The notes below the pieces were generated by a model, which was not told where the DNA came from, searched no databases, and saw only the letters and a program-made list of their open reading frames with translations. 64,000 nt of DNA from Spirochaetia bacterium (lineage in GTDB: Bacteria > Spirochaetota > Spirochaetia > SZUA-6 > Bin103), in NCBI GenBank assembly GCA_965203905.1, contig CBDBDQ010000005.1:3744001-3808000 (forward strand), in the 5' to 3' direction. The position numbers and the translations under genes were made by a program. Shown in pieces: positions 30,274-41,226 of the stretch (position 1 is the first letter of the stretch; each line of letters starts with the position of its first letter).

Positions 30274-31785
30274 TCAGCGGCGCCAGAAGATGCGGGTGAG
30301 CAGCACCAGCACGCTGTACACCTCCAGCCGGCCGGTGAGCATGGCGAAGCTGAGCCACCACTTCACGGGTTCGGGGTAGAAGGCGTAGTTCTGCGCCGGT
30401 CCGATGGCGCCGAAGCCGGGACCGACGTTGCCCACGGTGGCCAGGCCGGTGGTGAAGGCGGTGGTCAGGTCCGGACTGGAGCCGGCCACCACCAGGGTGG
30501 TAACCAGCACCAGGCCGATGTAGAGGAAGAAAAACACCGCCACCGGATAGAGGATGTCCTTCTTTACCCGCCGGTCTCCGATCCTGAGCGTGAAGATGCC
30601 CTGCGGGTGGACCAGGTAGCGGAACTCGTTCAGGGCCTGCTTGAACAGCGCGGTCAGCCGGATCACCTTGATCCCCCCGGTGGTGGAGCCGGCACAGCCG
30701 CCCACGAACATGATCACCAGCAGCACGGCGCGCGCCAGGGTCGGCCAGGCGTCGTAGTTGGCGGTCGTGAAACCGGTGCCGGTGAGGAGCGAGGCGGCCT
30801 GGAACGCGGCGAAGCGCAGGCCCCGCCCCAGCGAGTCGTAGGTCGCCCCGGTCACCGACACGGTTATCAGCGCCGCCGCCAGCACGTAGATGCAGATGAA
30901 GGTACGCAGCTCCAGGTTGCCGAGCAGCCGGCCGGGGCGGCCGCGGACGATCTGGAAGTAGAGCGAGAAGTTGACCGCCGCCAGCAGCATGAACATGGTT
31001 ACCACCACGTCCACGAACGGCGAGTCGTAGGCGCCGACGCTGGCCGCGCGCGGCGAGAAGCCGCCGGTAGCGATGGTGCTGAAGGTGTGGGTCAGCGCAT
31101 CGAACAGCGGCAGCCCGGCCGCCAGCAGCAGCGATGCCTCCAGCAGCGTCAGCCCGAGGTAGACCAGCCACAGGATCTTGGCGGTGCCGGCGACCCGCGG
31201 CGTGAGCTTCTCCAGGGTGGGGCCGGGCGCCTCCGAGCGCATCAGCTTCAGGCCACCGATCCCCAGCCGCGGCAGGATCGCGACTGTCAGCACTACGATG
31301 CCCATTCCGCCGAGCCACTGGGTGAGAGAGCGCCAGAACAGGACCGCCTGCGGCAGCGACTCGATGTCGGTAAGCAGCGTGGCGCCCGTGGTGGTGAACC
31401 CCGACATGGTCTCGAAGAAGGCGTCGGTGTAGCGCGGGATGCTGCCGCTGAGCACGTAGGGCAGGGCGCCGAAGGCCGTCACCACCAGCCAGCTCAGCAC
31501 CACCACCAGGAACCCGTCGCGGGTCAGCAACTCGGCATCGCGGTAGCGGCGGCAACTCAGAAACCCGCTCAGCGCGCACACCAGCGCCACTGCGATCGCG
31601 ACCGCAAACCCGAACGACGCCTGCTCCTCGTCGTGGATCAGCGCCACGACGAGACCGGAGGTCATGAACAGCCCCGCCAGCAGCAGCAGCGCGGAGACGG
31701 TATAGACGATCGCCCCCGCGCGGTGTGGCCGTTCGCCCACCGTGGCGACCGAGCGCCGGTGCGGCGGCGGCGTGACACCCGTCAC
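30274..31785 (-). CDS. trkH: Trk system potassium uptake permease
   Basis: FFETMSGFTTTGAT, QWLGGMGI, GGCAGSTTGGIK, GNVGPG, GRLE; GTG start overlaps upstream TGA. Confidence 0.93.
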   Translation of the reverse strand: MTGVTPPPHRRSVATVGERPHRAGAIVYTVSALLLLAGLFMTSGLVVALIHDEEQASFGFAVAIAVALVCALSGFLSCRRYRDAELLTRDGFLVVVLSWLVVTAFGALPYVLSGSIPRYTDAFFETMSGFTTTGATLLTDIESLPQAVLFWRSLTQWLGGMGIVVLTVAILPRLGIGGLKLMRSEAPGPTLEKLTPRVAGTAKILWLVYLGLTLLEASLLLAAGLPLFDALTHTFSTIATGGFSPRAASVGAYDSPFVDVVVTMFMLLAAVNFSLYFQIVRGRPGRLLGNLELRTFICIYVLAAALITVSVTGATYDSLGRGLRFAAFQAASLLTGTGFTTANYDAWPTLARAVLLVIMFVGGCAGSTTGGIKVIRLTALFKQALNEFRYLVHPQGIFTLRIGDRRVKKDILYPVAVFFFLYIGLVLVTTLVVAGSSPDLTTAFTTGLATVGNVGPGFGAIGPAQNYAFYPEPVKWWLSFAMLTGRLEVYSVLVLLTRIFWRR

Positions 31786-34700
31786 GCTTGGCTGACCGGC
31801 GCCGCCAGGGGCAGCGTGAGACGTTCGCGTGCGCCGGGCGCGAAGTCGGCGCCGGCGGCAGCTACCGGGTTGCCGGCGGCGTCGAGCACCTGGGCGGCAT
31901 AACGGGCGGTCTGCGGCACCATGTTGCGGGCCTCGATGGTCACGGCGCTGCCCGAGCGCCATCCCCGTACCTGGTCGAGGGTCTCCAGCGCGCCGACCCA
32001 GTCGCGCTCCGGCCGCTCCCCGAGGCGGTAGGTAATGCCGCCGTAGCGGGCCAGGATCGGGTCGACGTCGAGCGCCTCGGCCAGCATGTACATGCTCAGT
32101 ATCGCCGCGTACTTGGTGGTCCAGTTGCCGCGATAGGGCCACGCCGGCAGCACGTCCTCGGTGCCGCCGCCCAGGCAGGCGGCGTCGAACCGGGTGTCGG
32201 GGTTGAAGGCGTGCTGCGCCGGCACCCGCGCCTCGGACTGGTAGTGGGCGTTGAGCCAGCGGCGCTTCTCCTCCGTGAGCGAACTCTGCACGCCCTGGTG
32301 CAACAGCGCGCGGGCACGTTCGAACCACTCCGCGTCGCCGCTGTGGCGCCACAGCCGCAGCAGCTCGGTGGCGCCCTGGGCGTACACCAGGTTGTTGGTG
32401 GAGTACTTGATGTCGACCGTGGTGCCGCCCACGGTGCGGTAGTCCCAGCGCCCCAGCGGCAGGTCCTCCAGCCCGTCGGTGCAGGCGTTGAAGTGGTACT
32501 GCCAGCTTCCGAACCAGCTCGCCGCCACCTCCGCCGCCGCCAGCCAGCGCGCCTCGCCGGTGGCCGCGTACAGCTCGTTGTGGGCGGCCAGCAGGGCGTG
32601 CCCCTGGCGCTTGTCGATGTTGTAGAAGTCCATCTCGGAGCCGGCGAACACGCCGAAGCGCTCCATCACCCGCAGCGCCAGCTCGCCCAGCACCACGGCG
32701 TAGTCCAGGTAGCGCTGCTCGCCGAGGTAGCGGGCGGCCCGCACGTAGGCCCAGATCAGGTAGATGAAGTTGGTGGCGCCGCGCTCGCTCGGCCTGGTGA
32801 AGCGAATGTCGGCGCCGCGGGCCTGTCGCTCGGTCCAGCGCGAGGGCCCCCAGTACAGGAGCTTGATGCGGCGCGTCGCGGGCTCGGCGCTGGTGCCGTC
32901 GATGCGGCCCGGCACGTCGCCGTCCGGGAACAGCTCCATGATGCGGTCCAGCGAGCCGCGCACCGCGGCGATCCAGCTCGTCGGCGCTTCGCGACCGTGG
33001 CGCCGCAGCCGCTCGGCGCAGCGCAGGTACCAGTACAGCCCTTCGCCCAGCGGTCCCATGTCGATGCGGCCGGGGTCGTAGTAGGTGCCGAAGGTGTCGA
33101 CCAGCCCGGCGTGGTCCTCGTGGTAGGTGGGATAGAGGATGCCCAGCGGCGAAATGCCGTGCTCGGCGAAGAAGTCGAGGGTGTCGACCGCGACCCGCAC
33201 CGCGTCTGCGTCGTCGTGGCGCAGGCCGTGGTCCAGCGCGGCGTGCGCCACCAGCCCGGCCATGCCGGACCAGGAGAAGCCGACGAAGCGGTGGAAGTAC
33301 TCCTTGGGCAGGAACCGTCCGCCGCCGGTCGGCGCGTCGCCGTACACCCAGCGGCCGACGTAGAACACGCGGTAGCTGCGTCCGCCGCGTTCGATCTCCT
33401 GGATCAGGCCGTGGTCGCCGAGCGTGGTGCGCAGGCGCAGCTCGTAGTCGGCGCGCAGGGTGTGCGGTGGATTGGTGGGCGACACCGGGTAGAGCTCGCT
33501 CCACGCCGCCGACAGGGAGTCGCAGTAGCCGGGCCGGAACACGCTGCCGGTGTGGCGGGCGGCGGCGTACAGGTACAGTTTCTTCTTGTAGCAGGCGCCG
33601 TCCTCCAGGGTGAGGCGCTCGTCGCTGTCGAGCAGCAGCCGGCGGCCGAACACGGCCGACTCGGGGAGCTGGTGCACCGCCTCGTAGCGCCCAGACGCCG
33701 GGTCCACCTGCAGGCGCACGCTGGCCGCGGGATCGGCGGCGCGGCGCTGCGGTTCCACCCAACCGGCATACACCCACTCGGCGTCTTCGACGCTGAATCC
33801 CGCCGGCACCGTGGAGGCCGCCTCCGGGAAGTCCTCCCCCAGGTAGTGGCAAGCCTCCGCGGTGGGGTTGCCGTCGTAAAGCAGGCCGGGGTGCAGCGTA
33901 TAGCTGGCATCGGCGGCGGCAAGCGGCAGGCGGCTGGTGAGGCGCAGCTTGACGCCGCTCAGCGTCTCGCCGCGGTAGCGCCAGGTCAACGCGACCCGCC
34001 ACAGGCCGACACCGGATCGGGTGCGGTCGGCAGCTTCGCCACGGTCGCCGCCTGCACCGCCGGTCCCGCATGGCGTCACGGCAGCCGTGCAGTGCAGGGT
34101 GCCGGCCACTCGTCCCGCGTGCTCGGTCGTGGATCTCGAACACCCCGCCGGCCCCTCCCGCTTCCGGGGAGGCGGCGACCGTGAACTTCTCCCGGAGCAG
34201 CGTCTCGAAGTCGAAGTTGCGGGCGCGGTCGCCGGCCGCGTCGACCCGCCGCGGCTCGGCCGCGCCGTCGGTCTGGCGGATGTCGTCCACCAGGATGAAG
34301 CCCCAGTCGTCCTCGGGGTAGCGCGGCGCCGCATGCCAGCCCCACGGCTCCACGGCCGCGTAGTCAAGAATCTGCAAGTAGGCCTGGCGTCCGCGAAACT
34401 CGGCCACGTCCCAGCCGCGACGCACCAGCTTCAGGTTGCGCTCCCCGGAGGCGGTGCGCACCCGCCGCCAGCCGTCGCGGTATCGTACGTGGAGGTTCAG
34501 GCAGGTCACGTCGGTGAAGTCGCCGCCGCCGATCAGGAAGTCGATGCGGGCGCCGGCGATGGTGAACACCTCCGACTGCAGCTCGCCGATCAGGGTGCCC
34601 AGGTTGCGGTTCTTGCTGTTCACCAGGCGCTTGCCCTCGAACCCGGTCACCGGACCCTGGCCCGGGAACGCCCCGCATGCCGGCTCCATCCCGAACGCCG

Positions 34701-34893
34701 TCCCGTTGGGCCGCACCTGCACGGTCTGATCCGTGTTGAACGGCGCTGCCCGCGGATCCCATCTCCCCGCGACCGGATGCCAGCCCCGGTACCGGTTCTG
34801 CCGGATGTCGATGCTCGCGCTCAGCTCGACGGGAGGCGGCCCACTGCCGCCGGCACCTCCCACCAGCCAGCGGAGCGCCGCTTCGGCCGCCAT
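31782..34893 (-). CDS. Large carbohydrate-active-like protein: GH32-associated beta-sandwich + helical-barrel-like domain, frameshift near 34130
   Basis: N-part FTIAGARIDFLIGGG..RTASG..WDVAEFRGRQAYLQILD..WGFILVDDI; C-part continues in another frame with Trp/Tyr-rich helical repeats. Confidence 0.6.
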
Positions 34894-34966
34894 CAGCGGG
34901 TGCTTCCGTCCGTCGGCGTGGCGCTGCACCGGCGCTGCCGGGCAGCGGCCATCGACATCGTCGCCA

Positions 34967-37663
34967 TCAGATCATCGCCGACAGGGCGATGGTCAGTGGT
35001 GCTTCCGGGGTGATGCGGATGGGCTCGGAGAAGGCGAGAGTAGTGGCGTCCTGCTGGAAGACGACGTCGGCACTACCTGCCTGCACCCCGGTCACCGCGC
35101 CGCCGCCGGCGCCCACCAGCCGGTCGCTGGTGAAACTGGACAGAGACATCTCGCCCGCCGCCACCAGCAGGCGGATCTCGGTCGCGTCCAGCACGCAGGT
35201 GCCCCAGCCGGTGCCGAGGCTCCAGAACGCCGTGTAGGGCGCGTCCGCCACCTTGGGGCTGAATCCGACGTGGCCGCGCACCGCGTCGAACTCGAACCCG
35301 GCGTGGGCCAGCAGCAGCGCGAACGCCGCCATCGAGCGCGCGTAGTTGCTGCCGCACTCGATCTCGTTCCAGGGGTTGCGCCGGGTGCCGTCGTAGCGGT
35401 CGCGCACCGCCTGCACCAGCGCCAGTCCCTGCTCCAGCATGCCCTCCTGGATCATGTGCCCCGCGGCCTGGTACTCGAAGCCGTGCATGGTCTCCTGGGC
35501 GTAAGTCAGCGGCACCACCGGCAGCGCGCGCGGGTAGGAGCAGATGATGGTGCCGGCCTCGTCGTCCACCGCGTACAGGCGCGCCGGGTTGAAGTGCTCC
35601 CGGAACGACTGCAGGTAGTTGTGGCGGAAGATGGCCGCCAGGGCGGAGCGGGTCTGCTCGCGGTCGAACACCTCGCCGATGCCGCAGATGTTGGCATGCC
35701 ACTGCGCCAGCACCTGATCGATGCCGCACCCCTCGGCCACCTGGTACTTGATCTCGCCGTGCTCGTCGTCCCAGTAGTTCCACACCTGGCTGCGGCCGCC
35801 CCGGTAGCGCTCCTTGGCGTCTCCGGCCGCGTACGCCTCCAGGATGCCGCGGTCGGTCAGATCGATCTGCTGCTGGTAGTACTCGCCGTTGAACAGGTGC
35901 CGGTCGGTCCACTCCTTGCCGCGCGCGTACAGCGCCCGGTACTCGGCCGCGGTGTCAGACTCGCCGAAGTGCTCGGCCATCTCCGCGCCCGCCGCCAGGG
36001 CCGCCAGGTAGAAGCCGTTGAGCCAGGCGTTGGGCCCGAACAGCTCCATGTCCAGGGTGTGGTGCTGGCGTCCCTCCAGCACCCCGTCGCGGTCCGCGTC
36101 CCAGCGGTCGGGATTGCTCTCCGCCCAGGCGAACGAGATGTTCTGCTTGAGCGTCTCCCAGTGGCCGCGCAGCCACTCGGAGTCGCCGCTGACCTTCCAC
36201 TCCCGGTACGCCTTGATCACGCCGCCGAACTGGCCGTCGGCGCAGGGCCGGAAGCCGAGCCGCTCGCGCCCCAGCGGCAACTGCAGGCGGAAGGTCATGC
36301 CACCATCGGGGCCGGCGTTGTAGCGGAAGTCGGCGTCGCGCATCGAGCGCTCCAGGTCGGGGAACAGGAACGGCATCGCGTAGGCGTAGTTCCACACGTG
36401 AGTGCAACTCCCCTCGCAGCAGCCCTGGTCGACGCGCACCCCCTCGAAGCCGTAGAAGGTGCCGTCCTCCAGCCGCAGCACCGTGGAACTGTTGAGCACC
36501 GACAGGGTGGCGGCGGCGGCGTCGAGCACGGCGGGCGGCACGCTGCTGGCGTACAGCGCGTCGCGGAACGCCAGGGTATCGCCCTGCAGCCGCTCCCAGT
36601 CCCGCAGGCAATAGCAGGCGCTGGCCGCGGAGTCGGCGAAGCGGGTGGCGTACCAGTTGCGCCACTCGCCGGCCTCGAACTTCGGCGGCGGCGCATCGCG
36701 CTGTTCCTGCTCGACTCCCACCGGGTGCCAGTAGTTGACGCAGTTGGGGAAGCTCCAGGCCAGCACGAAGCGCACGCTGCGGGTCTGCCCCGCGGCCACG
36801 CCGATGCGTGCCGCCAGCACCCCGGTGTCGTCACGCCCGAACCCGCCGCCGGCGCCGGTGGTCGGCTCCGGGTAGCTGCGGTTGGTGAACGCGCCGGGCG
36901 TGGTGAAGTCGTGCCAGTAGATGGTGAGGTCGTCGAACCAGGCGCCGCGGAACCAGTATTCCTGGAAGCTGACGTCGGCGCAGTCGGTGGCGGCGGTGAG
37001 GTCGCCGTAGCCGGGGTGTTCGGGGGCGAGGCCGCTGCTGCCCATGGTGAGCATCTGGGCGGCGCCGTCGCGTGTCGCGCGGTTGACCGACTTGCCGGGG
37101 CCGGCCGGGTTGGTGACCGCCAGCGCCACGGTGTAGTCGAGGTCGTAGTCGCTGGTGTTGGCGAGCTGTATCTCGAAACAGGCAGCCGGAATGCTGGAGT
37201 CGTCGGAGTTGCCGGGAATGAAAGGGTTGAAGGCGCGCAGGGCAACCGTGCCGGGGAACTTCCCGTCCGCGAACGAGAGGGTGGCGACGGGAAAGGTGCC
37301 CTCGAACTCCACGTCGGCGAAGTGGGGCAGGCCACCCAGGGAGGAGCGCGTCGGGCCGAAGCCGTAACTGTGCAGCCAGGTGGAGCGCAGGCTGCCGGAC
37401 AGCGGCCCGGTGAGGTCGCCGTGCAGCACCCGGGCGGCCACCACCTCGCCGCCACGCTCCGCCTTCACGGCGAAGTGGCTGAAGCCGTTGATGCTGCCCT
37501 TGTTGGGGCGGTTGAGGATTTCCCAGTCGATCAGACGGCCGTTGCCCGCCAGCCCGATCGAGCCGGTACCGATCCCGCCGAGCGGAAACGAAATCTCATT
37601 AAGCTGGTCACCGCGGTAGGTGAAGTGAGCGCGGGTCGACTCGCTCAGACGATGGTTACTCAT
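34967..37663 (-). CDS. GH116 family glycoside hydrolase
   Basis: FPLGGIGTGSI, GCCEGSCTHVWNY, ADGQFG, HHTLDME, RNPWNEIECGSNYARSM. Confidence 0.92.
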   Translation of the reverse strand: MSNHRLSESTRAHFTYRGDQLNEISFPLGGIGTGSIGLAGNGRLIDWEILNRPNKGSINGFSHFAVKAERGGEVVAARVLHGDLTGPLSGSLRSTWLHSYGFGPTRSSLGGLPHFADVEFEGTFPVATLSFADGKFPGTVALRAFNPFIPGNSDDSSIPAACFEIQLANTSDYDLDYTVALAVTNPAGPGKSVNRATRDGAAQMLTMGSSGLAPEHPGYGDLTAATDCADVSFQEYWFRGAWFDDLTIYWHDFTTPGAFTNRSYPEPTTGAGGGFGRDDTGVLAARIGVAAGQTRSVRFVLAWSFPNCVNYWHPVGVEQEQRDAPPPKFEAGEWRNWYATRFADSAASACYCLRDWERLQGDTLAFRDALYASSVPPAVLDAAAATLSVLNSSTVLRLEDGTFYGFEGVRVDQGCCEGSCTHVWNYAYAMPFLFPDLERSMRDADFRYNAGPDGGMTFRLQLPLGRERLGFRPCADGQFGGVIKAYREWKVSGDSEWLRGHWETLKQNISFAWAESNPDRWDADRDGVLEGRQHHTLDMELFGPNAWLNGFYLAALAAGAEMAEHFGESDTAAEYRALYARGKEWTDRHLFNGEYYQQQIDLTDRGILEAYAAGDAKERYRGGRSQVWNYWDDEHGEIKYQVAEGCGIDQVLAQWHANICGIGEVFDREQTRSALAAIFRHNYLQSFREHFNPARLYAVDDEAGTIICSYPRALPVVPLTYAQETMHGFEYQAAGHMIQEGMLEQGLALVQAVRDRYDGTRRNPWNEIECGSNYARSMAAFALLLAHAGFEFDAVRGHVGFSPKVADAPYTAFWSLGTGWGTCVLDATEIRLLVAAGEMSLSSFTSDRLVGAGGGAVTGVQAGSADVVFQQDATTLAFSEPIRITPEAPLTIALSAMI

Positions 37664-37731
37664 GACGCCGCATCGTGAATACAGAGTGCACGTGCGGTCA
37701 AGCTCGCCGCGCGGGCAGTTCGCGGGCGGCT

Positions 37732-39264
37732 TCAGTCCCTCTCAGGCTGCCGCACCGTGGCCACCAGGGCGGTCAACTCCCGCAGCGCGGCTTCGGTCAC
37801 GAGGTCCTTCGAGCCTTCGAGCACCTGCTCGGCCCGGCCCAGGTCGCCGCGCGCGGCGTGCGAGCGTATCAGTTCCGCTGCCAGTGCCGCCGATGCCCGG
37901 TTCGATTCCCAGGCAGACTGCAACAGGCGGTGCGCCGCGGCCGCATCTCCCAGTGCCCGCAACTCCGCGGCGTCCCGGACCGCGGACAGGGTGGCGTGCT
38001 CCGGATGCGCCGGCAGGGTGACGCGGAAGTAGGTCCGGTGCTCGTCGAAGTCGTAGCGCGGGGGAGGGGAGCCATTCGTCGCCATCGCGGCCGCCACCTT
38101 GCGCAGCCCGGTGAGGCGCGCCTCGGCGAGTCCCAGCTCCTTGAGCAGCTCGCCGATGCGACGGTTACGGGCGGGCACCGTGGGAAAGGAGGAATGCAAC
38201 GCAAAGTGTTCCGGCTTAAGCCCCGAAACCGGTCCGGGATAGCTGATGATCTCCATCCGATCCGGGTACAGATACACCTTGGTCGGCTCCGGCACGTCCG
38301 GCTCGTAGCTGCGGTGATACAGAGCGTTGACCAGGGTCTCGCGCAGCGCCACCTCGGGATAGGCACGCCAGCGGCGCGTCTCGATCCGCCCCGGCTCCTT
38401 GCGCAGGTGGGCCGGCGACCGGCCGTACAGGTACTGGAGGCAGTTGCGCACCTGTCGCGTCAGCCCGCCGCGGAACTCCTGCTCCTCCTGTACGTCTCCC
38501 GTGCCACCGGCAGCGAACAGCGCGCAATCGATCCAGGCGCCACGAAACCAGTGGGTGGGCTCGGCCCCGAAGAACAGCAGCCCGACGTTGCGCGGCACGT
38601 CGTGGTCGTTCACCCGCATGGTGATGCCCATGCGGCGGTAGATCTCCACCGCGTCGGGTTCGTCGGTGAGTCCGCTGCCGATCTCGTGCAGGTGCTCCCT
38701 GACCGCCATCTCGTGCAGGTCCGCGAGGCCGGCGTCCAGCGACCGGCGGTCGTCCCACGGCACCCGCGCGGTCTGCTGGATCAGCTCCCGGAGCAGCCCG
38801 CCGCGCTGCTCCGCGTCCACGGTATCGGCTCCGACGCGCGCCCAGTAGCGCAGTGGTCCGCGGGTGCCATCCGGCGCCCGATGCGGCCGGACCTGGCTCG
38901 CCGGCGCCCACACCACCAGGATATGCCGGCCGCTCACCACCTCGGGCGAAAGCAGCGGCTGGTACGGTGGATCGAGGCGGTTGCAGTTGCCGCGCAGCCA
39001 CCGCTGCGCCGCCTCCAGCTCGGCGGGAGAGAGCCCTACAGGCGGCAGACCGGCACCTCCGTCGTGCTCGGCAACGCCAATGACGACGTAGCCGCCGTTC
39101 AGGTTGTGATAGTCGTTGGCAAACGCGCAGATCGTCTTGAGCACTTGCGGTCCGGTGGTATCCGGGTCCCAGGTGGCCTTGAACTCCACCCGCACCGACT
39201 CCACGCCGCGGCCCCGGAACAAGCTGTTCAGGTTGATCGGAAGGGTGCGGCTCACGGCGTTCAT
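37732..39264 (-). CDS. AlbA_2 + HATPase_c_4 ATP-binding protein (paralog of 17682-19289)
   Basis: ESVRVEFKATW, TICAFANDYHNLNGGY, RETLVNALYHRSY, RNRRIGELLKEL. Confidence 0.88.
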   Translation of the reverse strand: MNAVSRTLPINLNSLFRGRGVESVRVEFKATWDPDTTGPQVLKTICAFANDYHNLNGGYVVIGVAEHDGGAGLPPVGLSPAELEAAQRWLRGNCNRLDPPYQPLLSPEVVSGRHILVVWAPASQVRPHRAPDGTRGPLRYWARVGADTVDAEQRGGLLRELIQQTARVPWDDRRSLDAGLADLHEMAVREHLHEIGSGLTDEPDAVEIYRRMGITMRVNDHDVPRNVGLLFFGAEPTHWFRGAWIDCALFAAGGTGDVQEEQEFRGGLTRQVRNCLQYLYGRSPAHLRKEPGRIETRRWRAYPEVALRETLVNALYHRSYEPDVPEPTKVYLYPDRMEIISYPGPVSGLKPEHFALHSSFPTVPARNRRIGELLKELGLAEARLTGLRKVAAAMATNGSPPPRYDFDEHRTYFRVTLPAHPEHATLSAVRDAAELRALGDAAAAHRLLQSAWESNRASAALAAELIRSHAARGDLGRAEQVLEGSKDLVTEAALRELTALVATVRQPERD

Positions 39265-39545
39265 GATATGGTCCGAGACGAATCCCACGGGTTGTCAGGG
39301 ATGCGATCCGCGTCATTGACGGCGCGCAGATCGTCCGCGAAGCTCGCGTCCGGGCGAGTGCTGGCGAGGGCATCCCAGACCTCCCGCAGAGTCGGCCGGC
39401 GTGAGCCGGTTACCGGCACGAGCTCGGCCGCCGGCATTCCGTCCTCCACGAGTACGAACCGATCTCCGGTACGCCCAATGCGCGCCAGACAGTCCTCGAA
39501 GTTGCGTGCTGCCCAGGCGGTGGTCACGCGAACCTTCACGCGCAT
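39261..39545 (-). CDS. Phd/YefM-like antitoxin (orphan)
   Basis: VTTAWAARNFEDCLARI...FVLVEDGMPAAELVP. Confidence 0.65.
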   Translation of the reverse strand: MRVKVRVTTAWAARNFEDCLARIGRTGDRFVLVEDGMPAAELVPVTGSRRPTLREVWDALASTRPDASFADDLRAVNDADRIPDNPWDSSRTIS

Positions 39546-39620
39546 AACGGTAGTCGACCCTCCTGCGATGCTCAAGGATGACGCTTGAGGATACCCCGTC
39601 GAGGCCGTAGCATGGGCGCC

Positions 39621-40100
39621 ATGTCAGCAGAAGATTCCATTCGCGCGGCGTTCGGCTCGCAGTTCCAGGCCGGGCTCGACATGTTGGAGGCGGCGGTGCG
39701 GGCGTGCCCCGACGACGCCTGGGACGACGGCGCCCACGTCAACCGCTTCTGGCACATCGCCTACCACACGCTGTTCTATGTGCATCTGTACCTGTTCCAG
39801 TCCCTGGAAGAGCACCGCCCCTGGAGCGGGCAGCGCGACGGCGCCAGTGACCTGGGCCGGGAGGTGGAGCCCTACTCTCGGGAAAGCATCCTGGAGTTCC
39901 TGGCGTTCTGCCGCGAGCACGCGCGCAGCCGCATCGCCGCGCTCGACCTCGCGGCCGAGTCCGGCTTCGGCTGGCTGCCGTTCGGCCCGGTGGAGCGGCT
40001 GGCCTACAACCTGCGCCACCTCCAGCACCACGCCGGCCAGCTCAGCGAGCGCGTCCGCCAGGACACCGGCAACGGCGTGAGTTGGGCTGGTCGCGGCTGA
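39621..40100 (+). CDS. DinB family protein
   Basis: FWHIAYHTLFY and YNLRHLQHHAGQL. Confidence 0.85.
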   Translation: MSAEDSIRAAFGSQFQAGLDMLEAAVRACPDDAWDDGAHVNRFWHIAYHTLFYVHLYLFQSLEEHRPWSGQRDGASDLGREVEPYSRESILEFLAFCREHARSRIAALDLAAESGFGWLPFGPVERLAYNLRHLQHHAGQLSERVRQDTGNGVSWAGRG

Positions 40101-40186
40101 CGCGGCGACCGCTGCGCCGGCTCTCCGCAACACGACCGTATGCCGGGCTTCGGCCTACACGTGATCCGTGCTACACTGATCATGCC

Positions 40187-40414
40187 ATGAACTTGACGAT
40201 TACGGTCGACAGCGATCTGCTCAAAAAGGCGCGCATCCGGGCGCTGGAGGAAGAGACCTCGGTAAACGCCGTTCTCCGCCAGTTCCTCGAGGCGTATGCG
40301 GGGATGGGGGAGCGCCGCCGCGGTGCGGTTGCGGATCTGCTGGCGCTGTCCGGGGCTGCCATGTCGCGGCGCGGGCCGGCGAGATGGACGCGTGACGAAT
40401 TGTATGAGCGATGA
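40187..40414 (+). CDS. DUF6364/RHH antitoxin
   Basis: MNLTITVDSDLLKKAR...SVNAVLRQFL...WTRDELYER. Confidence 0.85.
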   Translation: MNLTITVDSDLLKKARIRALEEETSVNAVLRQFLEAYAGMGERRRGAVADLLALSGAAMSRRGPARWTRDELYER

Positions 40415-40856
40415 CCTGCGGTTCGTAGATACCAACGTGTTCGTCTACCTGTTCGATGGAGACTCTCCCGGAAAACAGGAGGTCGCCCGCCGGATACTGG
40501 ACGAACGTCCCGAGGAGCTGGTCCTCAGCATTCAGGTCCTCGGCGAATTCTACGTATCGGTAACGCGCAAGCTTGCGAAACCGCTCGCCCCCGAGACTGC
40601 GCGCCGAGCGGTCGCCGACCTGTGCGCCCTGCGCGTCAGGCCGGTCCTCCCCGAGTTGGTGCAGGCGGCCGTGCAACGCAGCAGCGCAGCGCAGCTATCG
40701 TATTGGGATGCTCTGATCGTGGAGAGCGCGATCGACGCGGGAGCAGTGTCGTTGCTGACCGAGGACTTGCAGCACGGCCAGCGATTCGGGCGGCTGCGCG
40801 TGGTCAATCCGTTTCTGGACGAGCGCGAGACCGGCGCGGTGTCCGATCATTCTTGA
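40404..40856 (+). CDS. vapC: PIN-domain (VapC) toxin
   Basis: FVDTNVFVY, SIQVLGEF, SYWDALI, TEDLQHG, VNPF. Confidence 0.9.
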   Translation: MSDDLRFVDTNVFVYLFDGDSPGKQEVARRILDERPEELVLSIQVLGEFYVSVTRKLAKPLAPETARRAVADLCALRVRPVLPELVQAAVQRSSAAQLSYWDALIVESAIDAGAVSLLTEDLQHGQRFGRLRVVNPFLDERETGAVSDHS

Positions 40857-41050
40857 CATCATCATCGTGTGCGGCCTAACGTGGGGGCAACAGGAGGGTT
40901 GCCGCAACAGTCGTGACCGATCGGCGTATCAGCTTGCCATGTCGTTCTCTCCCAGGCCCGCCACCGGGGGCGCGGACGCAGGCATGCCGGAGGCCACGCG
41001 GCGATTACTCACCCTCATCGCTCGCCCGCGCGGCGCTTGGACCTACTGCT

Positions 41051-41212
41051 AGTCCGAAAACCATGTCCAGCAGACGAACCAGGTGCGCCGGGTTACATGG
41101 TCTCCGGCGCCACGGTGTGACCCTGCGTACTTGTCCGAACGCCCTGTCCAGCAGACGAACCAGTTGCATCGGTTTGCATGGACTCGGGCGCCACGGGGTG
41201 GCCATGCGTATT
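41051..41212. repeat. Two imperfect 81-bp tandem direct repeats upstream of the peptide ABC operon
   Basis: TGTCCAGCAGACGAACCAG at 41064 and 41145; CATGG, GGCGCCACGG and TGCGTA repeated at the same period. Confidence 0.85.
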
Positions 41213-41226
41213 ACCCTGCAGATGGC

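Noticed and set aside
30274-34929. 1551-aa ORF suggesting a glycosidase-TrkH fusion
   Set aside because: Artefact: the frameshift near 34130 puts the upstream N-terminus in the trkH frame, and the middle is a shadow frame of the real 31782-34130 CDS.
41051-41212. CRISPR array
   Set aside because: Only two units, the intervening sequences are homologous to each other, and no cas genes are present.
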